Origin: Candidatus Thorarchaeota archaeon
GTDB taxonomy: Archaea; Asgardarchaeota; Thorarchaeia; Thorarchaeales; Thorarchaeaceae
Direction: 5' to 3'
Assembly: GCA_038893995.1 (NCBI GenBank)
Contig: JAWAQK010000006.1
Span: 24,367 to 61,797 of the forward strand
DNA: 37,431 nucleotides
Part shown: piece after piece, positions 1 to 7,724 of the stretch
Position numbering within the stretch: the first letter of the stretch is position 1
Layout of the letters: each line of letters begins with the position of its first letter
The notes under the pieces: generated by a model
The model's database searches: none
What the model was told of the DNA's origin: nothing
The model's input: the letters and a program-made list of their open reading frames with translations, nothing else
Program-made: the position numbers and the translations under genes

Positions 1-981
1 GAGTTCGAACACGTCTGGCTTTCCGGTCTCTCGAGAGAACAGATTGACAGTCTTGACGTCACGTCGTGCTTCCCCGAATTCCGGGCAGGGGTAGTTGCTG
101 AACTCTCTCTCAGGAGGCTCTCGGGAGCGTGGGTGCCCGTCTCAGCCAAGTCAGATTCCAAGTCGATGGTGGACAGCCCGATCGCCTCCCTCATCGACGG
201 TGTAAGAGACATTGACTCAATCACGAAGAGCAGTGGCATGAGGCCCGACGAGGTACTGGCCGAGATAGCACGTCTCTGGGCACTGGGATCAATCAAGTTC
301 AGGAACATCCTGAGCGGCCATGATGTACTTGCCAAGAGTCGTCGCCTGGACCGCCTACTCCAGTCACCTTCACTTCTTCGGTCTGAATTCGACAGTCATA
401 GACCCGAGCTGATTGCACTGGTGCCGAGGCTTGCAACAGTCGTCGATGGCCGGCGGACAGTCGATGCGATTGTGAACATCCTATCCGCTGAGTATGGTCG
501 CGATGCCGTCATTGAGACACTGGAATACCTGATGGACAGGAGGGCAATTGAAACACTCTCGCCCGAGAAACGACGCATTCTGCTGATGAAGGAGGCCACA
601 GAGATAGCTCTGCGTGTAGCCGAGACCGAGTACGGACGGGATGTGGCCTTTCAGCGTCTGGACTGGGCGATCGGTCGCGTACCGTTACCTGAGGTAGTGG
701 GTGACATAATCAACTCAGGAGGAAACTGGGTCATCGAGTACGACTCGAGAATGCTTGAGGGACTGAATCCGAGTCGTCTGATGGATGTATACGCGGGATG
801 GATGAGGCTCCTTGCAAACTTCATCGGGTCGCTTGACCAGAACAGACTGAAGAGCTATGCTGAGGTCCTGGCAGACACCTACTCGAGATATCTGCTCGAA
901 CGATACGCACCAGAGGACCTGCTTGGTTTCGAGGAGATCGCCTTCTGGCTGGACCTGAGATGTATGGAGAGGAGGCAGTGA
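1..981 (+). CDS. 5'-truncated protein with tandem winged-helix domains resembling the C-terminal half of NPRL2/NPRL3 (GATOR1), plus a helical C-terminal domain
   Basis: Frame 1 is open from base 1 (EFEHVWLSGLSREQ...), so the track start at 133 is not the real start. The segment VPV...PIASLIDGVRDIDSI...IARLWALGSIKF resembles my recollection of NPRL2 (VPV...[15 protein letters not shown]...[10 protein letters not shown]). A second wHTH-like repeat follows (VDGRRTVDAIVNIL...TLEYLMDRRAIE). Confidence 0.6.
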   Translation, partial: EFEHVWLSGLSREQIDSLDVTSCFPEFRAGVVAELSLRRLSGAWVPVSAKSDSKSMVDSPIASLIDGVRDIDSITKSSGMRPDEVLAEIARLWALGSIKFRNILSGHDVLAKSRRLDRLLQSPSLLRSEFDSHRPELIALVPRLATVVDGRRTVDAIVNILSAEYGRDAVIETLEYLMDRRAIETLSPEKRRILLMKEATEIALRVAETEYGRDVAFQRLDWAIGRVPLPEVVGDIINSGGNWVIEYDSRMLEGLNPSRLMDVYAGWMRLLANFIGSLDQNRLKSYAEVLADTYSRYLLERYAPEDLLGFEEIAFWLDLRCMERRQ

Positions 982-984
982 GAG

Positions 985-1317
985 ATGGTCCGAGATACCA
1001 GACCTGTATACTTGGTTGCTAAGACACTGAGCACTCGGGGTCAGACGATTCACGGACGTGAGAAGATCGTGGAGCTCTGTTCAAAGTCGGGTGTACTCCT
1101 ACTGGACGGTGTCGATGAGGAGATGCAGGAACAGGACTCGGAACAGGGTCTCATGAACTTCATCATCGGCTATTCCCAGCTCTCGCCGGCGTCTAGGCTT
1201 GCCGTGATGGTGCTCGCAAGGCAACACGGACTCGCATTGCCCGCACACCTGATGCAGAGGAAGAATGCACTGAAGACCCTCCTCGACAACCTGTCTCAGT
1301 ACTTTCCTCGCATCTGA
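985..1317 (+). CDS. Hypothetical 110-aa, probably helical, protein
   Basis: ATG lies 3 nt after the upstream stop, with GGAGG-like sequence just upstream. Composition is plausible for a real protein. No family recognised. Confidence 0.7.
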   Translation: MVRDTRPVYLVAKTLSTRGQTIHGREKIVELCSKSGVLLLDGVDEEMQEQDSEQGLMNFIIGYSQLSPASRLAVMVLARQHGLALPAHLMQRKNALKTLLDNLSQYFPRI

Positions 1318-1391
1318 GCCACATCGGTCACCGTCGCGGTGTTTTCAGAAAGATTGAACTAGCTGGCAGCAGGAAACTTCTCGAAGTTCCG

Positions 1392-1907
1392 ATGAGCCCC
1401 CAGTACCTGTTCAAGATAGTCACTGTAGGTGCCCCAGCTGTAGGGAAGACATCTCTCATTCTCAGGTACACGACGGGCCGATTCCGAGAGTACTATGCGC
1501 CTACACTGGGTGCAGACTTTGCTGTCAAGGCACTGAAGGTCGACGATGACACAGTCCGATTGCAGATCTGGGACCTTGGTTCTCAGGACTTCCTGGGCAG
1601 AGTGAGGGCACAATACTATCTGGGATCGAGAGCTGCCATATTTGTCTACGACATGACTCGGCGGGAAACACTTGAGCAGCTCAGACTGTGGAAACAAGAG
1701 GTCGAACGTCATGCCGGAAGGGTACACTCAGTCGTGATTGGAAACAAGTCTGACCTGGCAAGTCAGCGAGAGGTCTCTCGGGAGGTTGGTGAGGAGCTGG
1801 CACATGAGTTCGAGGCGGACTATCTCGAGGTCAGCGTGAAGCTCAATGAGAACGTCGACGAGGTCTTCAAGAGAGTCTCCGAACAGCTACTGGAGAACAT
1901 GGTCTAG
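1392..1907 (+). CDS. Rab-like small GTPase (Ras superfamily)
   Basis: G1 GAPAVGKTS, switch I YAPTLGADF, RabF2-like RLQIWD, variant G3 DLGSQ, G4 NKSD, G5 SVK. No C-terminal cysteines. Confidence 0.95.
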   Translation: MSPQYLFKIVTVGAPAVGKTSLILRYTTGRFREYYAPTLGADFAVKALKVDDDTVRLQIWDLGSQDFLGRVRAQYYLGSRAAIFVYDMTRRETLEQLRLWKQEVERHAGRVHSVVIGNKSDLASQREVSREVGEELAHEFEADYLEVSVKLNENVDEVFKRVSEQLLENMV

Positions 1908-2091
1908 AGTCCGACTGCTCGATCTCGATGCATTCTCTTGAGTGGCTATGGCCAATGTCCGCAGCCTCCAGTCAGCCACTCCACGCGCCCTGTCAAGTGA
2001 GTGCAACAATCTATGGCTCCTCCGAAAGGGCCATCTACAAGTGGGCTCACCACTCAATCGTGTGGACTTCATAGACGGAGGTGTCAGAGGA

Positions 2092-3294
2092 CTGAACGTA
2101 CGGCGCTGGCGGATCCCCACCGAGGACGAGATACTGAACGGCAGGACGACCGATGTGTACTTCTCCAGGACGAAACAGGTGCTTGATGCGGAGGGAGTCA
2201 ACCCTCTGGTCTATGCAGAGGTGACCGTGTCTTGGCATCCGCCAGAATACGGTGCACTGTTTGTTGCAGGAATAGACGATGTCCTGAAACTCTTCGAGGG
2301 TCGTAATGTGAACATATACGGTCTTCCCGAAGCAACCATGTTCAGTGCCAGGGATGATCGGGGGGTGTCTGTGCCAGTACTGAGCATAGAGGGCCACTAT
2401 GCAGACTTTGCAGAGCTTGAGACGCCAGCGCTGGGATTTCTGTGCTTCACATCCGGTGTTGTCACCAAGACGGCACATCTGAGGGCCATAGCCGGCCAAC
2501 GCAGGCTCCTTTCATTCGGTGCACGCCGAGTCCATCCTGCGCTCTCAGCTCAGCTCGAGTACGCCGCCTACATAGGCGGTTGTGATGGAGTATCCAGCAT
2601 CCTGGGCGCGGAGATGCTTGGCATTGAACCATCAGGTACAATGCCACACGCGCTGATAGTCGTCCTCAGGGATCATGTCCGAGCTTGGCAGGCCTTTGAT
2701 AGGCATATCAAGAGAGACGTGCCTCGAATTGCACTTACCGATACGTACCTTGACGAAGTACGTGAGGCCATCATGGCCGCTGAGAGTGTGAGGGACCTAT
2801 ACGCTGTCCGACTTGACACGACTGGCAGCAGACGTGGCGACATGGCCAAGATCGTCAGGGAAGTTCGCTGGGAACTAGATGTGCGCGGGTATAAGCACGT
2901 GAAGATCTTTGTGAGCGGTGGGCTTGATGCGGAAGAGATGAGGCGCCTGTCTGACGCACCGGTTGACGGATACGGAGTGGGGAGTGCAATAAGCAATGCT
3001 CGACCGATCGATTATGCGATGGACATTGTCAGTCTCTACGAGGATGGCTCGTGGACACCTGCAGCTAAACGGGGTAAGATGTCGGGCAGGAAACGTGTGT
3101 ACCGGTGTGAGTCATGCCTCCGGCTTCGAGTCATGCTAGTTGACGATCCTCCGCCGGCCTGTCCCGAATGCGGTAAGGTGATGTCCAGCCTAAGTGTTCA
3201 GCTCATGCACTCAGGCGTCCCCGTTTCGGAGGTGCATCCACCCGAAAGATTAAGAGAGCGAGTACTTCAACAGTTAACAATGATTAAGAGGTGA
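2092..3294 (+). CDS. pncB: Nicotinate phosphoribosyltransferase (archaeal type) with C-terminal Zn-ribbon-like Cys pairs
   Basis: Motifs TTDVYF, SFGARR, GTMPH, VRLDT, IFVSGG, GYGVG and AKRGK; CESC...CPEC near the C-terminus. The ORF is open from 1942, but the conserved part starts near the in-frame CTG at 2092, behind GGAGGTG at 2077-2083 (start inferred). Confidence 0.92.
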   Translation: MNVRRWRIPTEDEILNGRTTDVYFSRTKQVLDAEGVNPLVYAEVTVSWHPPEYGALFVAGIDDVLKLFEGRNVNIYGLPEATMFSARDDRGVSVPVLSIEGHYADFAELETPALGFLCFTSGVVTKTAHLRAIAGQRRLLSFGARRVHPALSAQLEYAAYIGGCDGVSSILGAEMLGIEPSGTMPHALIVVLRDHVRAWQAFDRHIKRDVPRIALTDTYLDEVREAIMAAESVRDLYAVRLDTTGSRRGDMAKIVREVRWELDVRGYKHVKIFVSGGLDAEEMRRLSDAPVDGYGVGSAISNARPIDYAMDIVSLYEDGSWTPAAKRGKMSGRKRVYRCESCLRLRVMLVDDPPPACPECGKVMSSLSVQLMHSGVPVSEVHPPERLRERVLQQLTMIKR

Positions 3295-3298
3295 TGGG

Positions 3299-3877
3299 AT
3301 GAGAGCCGGTGGGGTCACTGCACTCATAGTAGTAGACATGTTGAACGACTTTGTCAGGCCGTCAGGTAGGCTCCCCGTGAATGGGGCAGAGAGCCTACTT
3401 CCCGTACAGAGAAGACTGTTGGAAGTCGCTCGCGAACTCGGGTACCCGATTGTATATCTGGCTGACAACCATCTTCCTGACGATCCGGAATTTACCAAGT
3501 GGCCACCACATGCCATCGTCGGTACAGAGGGCTCGCAGGTCGTTTCTGAGATTGCCCCCCAACAGTCAGACAGAGTCATCCCCAAGAGGAGGTACTCGGG
3601 CTTCTTCGGTACGGACCTGGACCTGACCCTCAGAGAGAATGGTGTGAGCAGGATCATGCTCATGGGTGTGCTGACTGACATATGCGTGATGTATACATCT
3701 GCTGACGCCTCTGCCCTTGGTTACGAAGTAATCGTCGTTTCTGATGCGACGATGAGTACCGATGACGAGAATCACAGGTTCGCACTGCAGCACATGAAGT
3801 ATGTCCATGGTGCCTCAGTCATCACCGCAGAGGAGGCCGTTGGGGTACTTGAACAGGGATGCGCCTGTCCCGGGTAA
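3299..3877 (+). CDS. pncA: Isochorismatase-family cysteine hydrolase, likely nicotinamidase
   Basis: D-K-C triad motifs VVDMLNDF, PKRRYSGF and GVLTDICV; metal ligands D-x-H and WPPH. GAGGTGA SD overlaps the pncB stop, and the gene is operonic with pncB. Confidence 0.85.
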   Translation: MRAGGVTALIVVDMLNDFVRPSGRLPVNGAESLLPVQRRLLEVARELGYPIVYLADNHLPDDPEFTKWPPHAIVGTEGSQVVSEIAPQQSDRVIPKRRYSGFFGTDLDLTLRENGVSRIMLMGVLTDICVMYTSADASALGYEVIVVSDATMSTDDENHRFALQHMKYVHGASVITAEEAVGVLEQGCACPG

Positions 3878-3976
3878 CAGCAAGTCTCTGCATCGCCGAT
3901 TGGTAGAACTCTCATCCCCTCTCGTGCCCTAATGTACGTCCGCGGTCTATATCTCGGTTCGGGCCAAAGAAGACCA

Positions 3977-4201
3977 CTATCTGACCGTTATGGCTCCTAC
4001 AGGACATACCCGGACACAGTCGCCGCAACGGGTGCACAGATCCACAAATGCGACGTCTACCCGCCAGACCTTGGGGTCATTGCTGACATCATCGGGTGAG
4101 TAACACATGAAGAGCGCCTGGGGACATATCTGAAGGCATTTCTTGCATGTCCTTGGGTCCTTGCAGAGTCCGTGGTCCACGCGGATCTGCGTCCTTCTCA
4201 T
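3977..4201 (-). CDS. Small 2x[4Fe-4S]-type ferredoxin (about 74 aa)
   Basis: CKDPRTCKKCLQICP and CTRCGDCVRVCP motifs. ATG at 4201 overlaps the upstream TGA (TGATG coupling) and follows a GGAGGTG SD. Confidence 0.88.
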   Translation of the reverse strand: MRRTQIRVDHGLCKDPRTCKKCLQICPQALFMCYSPDDVSNDPKVWRVDVAFVDLCTRCGDCVRVCPVGAITVR

Positions 4202-5070
4202 CACCACACCTCCCTGAGGACGGGACTGGACGTCCGCTCGACCATCTCTATGGCCTTTTCGGGGCAGCTGAGGGCGCAGAGGCCGCATCCGAAACATCTC
4301 CACTGGTTGATGAACGGCCTGCTCATCGAGTCAACAAAGTTCAGTGCGCCAAACTGGCAGCGGGACGCACAGGTCCTGCAACCCGAACACTTTGAGTAGT
4401 CCACTCTTGCCACATACTCGCCCTTCCAGAGGGCCCTGATGTCATACGCGGTGCGCAATCTGGTTGCGGCGCATTCGGGGATCTCACAGCTGCACAGGGC
4501 TGCTATGTAGGGAGATGGCCCCATCCAGACTGTACTTACCCTGCCTACCTCTTGCATCTGTTCTACAAAGGCCTGTGCCTCGTCGACGTGCATTGGTTCA
4601 ACTCCGTGGTCAGGGACGTAGCGCGGGAGATTTGGGACGCTCTCAGCAAGCACGCCAAAAGTCAGGCAGCATGGTTCACGGATTCCCCTCGTCATGTGCC
4701 TACAGGCACAGTTGACCCGGACGATTGGATCCGCTAGCTCGAGTATCCTCCGTGCATCGTCGAGCGTGACCACCTGTCCCGGATGCCCCTCTGCGCGTCG
4801 TGGATTCCGACCCTTGAGGGGTCTCTCTTTCTTGAACCAGCCGTTGATATACCAGTGGATTGCTCTGCCAATGACTGGGATGCTGAACTTGTATCCTGGT
4901 CCCCGAGTCGAGATACCAAATATGCGTTGCAGGTAGACCTTCTCAAACTGTTTCCAGAGTTCGAAGATGTACTCTTCAGCACCCACCTCTTCTGCAGTCT
5001 CCCTCAGGTAGTTTCTCGAGTTGAGGTACCATTTCTTTCCCGCCCCGTGTTTGTAGCACCATTCGCACAT
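4201..5070 (-). CDS. Multi-Fe-S protein with C-terminal 2x[4Fe-4S] ferredoxin domain
   Basis: N-terminal MCEWCYKHG; central CACR...CC...CSC...C; C-terminal CSGCRTCASRC and CFGCGLCALSCP. Confidence 0.88.
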   Translation of the reverse strand: MCEWCYKHGAGKKWYLNSRNYLRETAEEVGAEEYIFELWKQFEKVYLQRIFGISTRGPGYKFSIPVIGRAIHWYINGWFKKERPLKGRNPRRAEGHPGQVVTLDDARRILELADPIVRVNCACRHMTRGIREPCCLTFGVLAESVPNLPRYVPDHGVEPMHVDEAQAFVEQMQEVGRVSTVWMGPSPYIAALCSCEIPECAATRLRTAYDIRALWKGEYVARVDYSKCSGCRTCASRCQFGALNFVDSMSRPFINQWRCFGCGLCALSCPEKAIEMVERTSSPVLREVW

Positions 5071-5210
5071 GCTTCGTCCAGTGGCCCCGCAGGTGATGGG
5101 TCGGGAATGTTGCTACCCTCTTATCTACTTTGACCGAGGTCGCTCACGGGGTCCTCGTTCGCCAAGCTTAAGAGTCGTACGCAGTTCGTCATCATAGCGA
5201 GGTCACTCAG

Positions 5211-7097
5211 ATGAGACTGCTTCAGATCCATTCGCAGGGTTTCTCCTACGCTGTCAAGCGAAAGGCGATCAAGAATGCTGAGGAGATAGAGGAGAAGTCG
5301 TACAGCACTGACGACACAGTCCTAGTGAACTTCATTGCGGCAGAGGCCTCCGACGCGGCAGACATAGCGAGGGCCTCGGAGATTGCCGCTGACATAATAG
5401 CGACATCCGCCCAGGAGGTCAAGGAGACACGGGTCATAGTCTATCCCTGGGTCCATCTGAGTGACAAACCCGCCCCTCCGTCTTCTGCGTTCAAGATCCT
5501 CAAGAACATTGAGAAGATACTGAGGGACAAGGGTCTGAGTGTGGTCCGAGCGCCCTTCGGATGGTACAAGGCGTTCACAGTCAACTGTATCGGTCATCCA
5601 TTGGCTGAGAGATCAAAGATAATCAGTATTGCTGCTGAGCCTTCGGCCACAGCTGCAGCTGCGCCCAAGGAGGATCTGACGGCCATCCAGGCCGAGGAGA
5701 AGGCCACATCGAGATTCTACATCATGGAACCCGATGGCAAGATGACTGAGGCGGACAAGTTTGACTACACGGGGTATGAGGAGCTCCGACTCTATGTCAA
5801 GTATGAGACTGCAAAGGACCGGACCTCAAAGGAACCACCACCTCACATCGAGATGATGAAGAACCTTGAGCTCGTCGACTATGAGCCTGGCTCGGACGCA
5901 GGTAACTTCCGCTGGCCGCCCAGGGGACTGACCCTCAAGAAGGTAGTCGAGGGCAGGATCACCGAGGAGATGCTGGCATATGGGGCTCATGTTGTGCAGA
6001 CACCATTGATCTACGACTACCAGCACCCGTCTCTCAAGTCATATCTTCAGAGGTTTCCATCACGACAGTACATCGTCAGGTCCGGTGATACAGACTACTT
6101 TGCACGCTTCTCGGCCTGCTTTGGTCAGTTCCTGCTTCTCTCTGAGGCGCAGGTGTCCTACAGGCAGCTCCCATTGAAGCTCTTTGAGATTGCTCCGTCT
6201 TACAGACGTGAGCAGAGTGGTGAACTGGCTGGCATGCGTCGGCCGAGGGCATTCACCATGCCAGACATTCACGAGTTCGTAGCGGACCTCAAGATGGCGA
6301 AGCAGTCCGTCCTGAACCAGATGGAGTTTGTTCAGAAGCTCATGGGCGAGCTCGAGGTCAGGTATGAGGTATCGTTCCGAGTCCTGCGGTCTTTCCTCGA
6401 GGAAGACCCAGAGTTTGTCCGCAGGGTAGTTGCCCGGGTCGGGAAGCCCGTGATGATAGAGGTCTTTGACCAGCGATATGCCTACTTTGTCTTCAAGGGC
6501 GAGTGGAACGTGGTCGATGCGCAGCAGAAGGCTGCATGTCTGGGGACGATTCAGATAGACGTTGAGAATGCAGAGAGGTTCCACATAACCTATGTCGACG
6601 AGGACGGTAAGGAGAAGCATCCCTTGATACTGCATACATCACCATCCGGCTCGCTGGAACGCATTCTCTATGGTGTGCTCGAGCAGGCAAACAAGGACAA
6701 GATGGCTGGAAAGAAACCGAAGATACCACTCTGGATGTCTCCAGTCCATGTCCGAATGTTGCCTGTCGATTCCTCGAAGGTCGAATACTGCATGCAGATT
6801 GGACGACTCCTCGAGGGTGCAGGAATTCGATACGAGATTGACGACCGTGACATGACAGTTGCAAAGAAGGTCCGTGCTGCAGAGAAGCTCTGGACACCGT
6901 ACATCTGCGTGATCGGCGAGAAAGAGACCTCAACCGGTGTGCTGACTGTCAGAAAGAGGGAGAGCGACGAACAGATAGAACTCACTCCCGAGGCGCTGGT
7001 CAGGGAGATACGCGAGAAGATATCCTTCGCACCTCCGCAGAGGCTACTACTCCCTGTACTAGTCTCTAAGCAGGCCATATTCTCAAGAGAGGTCTAG
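5211..7097 (+). CDS. thrS: Threonyl-tRNA synthetase, archaeal type with N-terminal editing domain
   Basis: N-terminal editing domain (MRLLQIH, VYPWVHLS, RAPFGWYKAF, CIGHPLAE); RFSACFGQF; YRREQSGEL; RAFTMPDIH; ILHTSPSGSLER; C-terminal anticodon domain. Confidence 0.97.
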   Translation: MRLLQIHSQGFSYAVKRKAIKNAEEIEEKSYSTDDTVLVNFIAAEASDAADIARASEIAADIIATSAQEVKETRVIVYPWVHLSDKPAPPSSAFKILKNIEKILRDKGLSVVRAPFGWYKAFTVNCIGHPLAERSKIISIAAEPSATAAAAPKEDLTAIQAEEKATSRFYIMEPDGKMTEADKFDYTGYEELRLYVKYETAKDRTSKEPPPHIEMMKNLELVDYEPGSDAGNFRWPPRGLTLKKVVEGRITEEMLAYGAHVVQTPLIYDYQHPSLKSYLQRFPSRQYIVRSGDTDYFARFSACFGQFLLLSEAQVSYRQLPLKLFEIAPSYRREQSGELAGMRRPRAFTMPDIHEFVADLKMAKQSVLNQMEFVQKLMGELEVRYEVSFRVLRSFLEEDPEFVRRVVARVGKPVMIEVFDQRYAYFVFKGEWNVVDAQQKAACLGTIQIDVENAERFHITYVDEDGKEKHPLILHTSPSGSLERILYGVLEQANKDKMAGKKPKIPLWMSPVHVRMLPVDSSKVEYCMQIGRLLEGAGIRYEIDDRDMTVAKKVRAAEKLWTPYICVIGEKETSTGVLTVRKRESDEQIELTPEALVREIREKISFAPPQRLLLPVLVSKQAIFSREV

Positions 7098-7173
7098 CCA
7101 CCGGGATGGTAACATCGCCAGACCATGAAGGAGACTGGTGATTGAGTGCGCCCGCGGTCTGCCGCGTGCCACC

Positions 7174-7617
7174 TCAAGGTTCCTCCTTGAGTGTGAAGAA
7201 ACAGCCGCAGGTGACTGTCTGTCCGACGCCCGGTATCTTCCTCAGTCGATTCACCACGAGATCACCAATCTCCTGGAGTGATGTTGCCCTGACCTTCACT
7301 ATGAGGTCCCATGTCCCTGAGACAACATGCACTTCGAAGACGCCCTCTATCTTTGCCAGTTCTTCGCCCACATCGAGTTGCGAGCGTGAACTGGTCGCGG
7401 AGTACGAGACCAGTATTATTGCTGTGACCGGGAGGCCCACTGCGGAGTAGTCTGGGATAGCGACGACTCTACGTATGATCCCCTGTTTCCTCATCCTCTC
7501 GATACGGTACTGCACAGTCGTCCGCCTCAGTCCCAGTCTTGATGCAATGTCCCTCACAGGTCTACTTGCGTCCTGCCTCAGTTCGTCTAGAATCATCCTG
7601 TCTACTTCATCGAGCAT
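7174..7617 (-). CDS. Lrp/AsnC-family transcriptional regulator
   Basis: HTH LDEVDRMILDELRQDASRP...TVQYRIERM and RAM domain VSGTWDLIVKV. Divergent from asnA. Confidence 0.95.
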   Translation of the reverse strand: MLDEVDRMILDELRQDASRPVRDIASRLGLRRTTVQYRIERMRKQGIIRRVVAIPDYSAVGLPVTAIILVSYSATSSRSQLDVGEELAKIEGVFEVHVVSGTWDLIVKVRATSLQEIGDLVVNRLRKIPGVGQTVTCGCFFTLKEEP

Positions 7618-7620
7618 GTA

Positions 7621-7704
7621 TTGTCACAATGACAACTATTGCATATTCAGATTTCTGATTTTCGTCATGCTGCCATTGGAATTGGCATAATGATTAACAA
7701 TCAT
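7621..7704. promoter_or_regulatory. AT-rich divergent promoter region with clustered inverted repeats (candidate Lrp operators)
   Basis: TTGTCA-caa-TGACAA (7621-7635), TCAGA-tt-TCTGA (7647-7658), TGCCA-N7-TGGCA (7671-7687) and ATGATT-aac-AATCAT (7690-7704). Confidence 0.6.
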
Positions 7705-7724
7705 GCCCAGATTTGACAACAGTC

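Noticed and set aside
133-981. ORF track start at 133
   Set aside because: The frame is open back to base 1, so the gene starts outside the window.
1942-2091. 50-aa N-terminal extension of PncB
   Set aside because: Not family-like, and a strong SD precedes the in-frame CTG at 2092.
3860-3877. C-terminal GCACPG of the nicotinamidase as a lipidation motif
   Set aside because: Cys is not at position -4 with aliphatic residues, and the enzyme is a soluble metabolic one.
5045-5070. CEWCYKH as a heme c attachment site
   Set aside because: The spacing is CxxCxxH rather than CxxCH, and there is no export signal.
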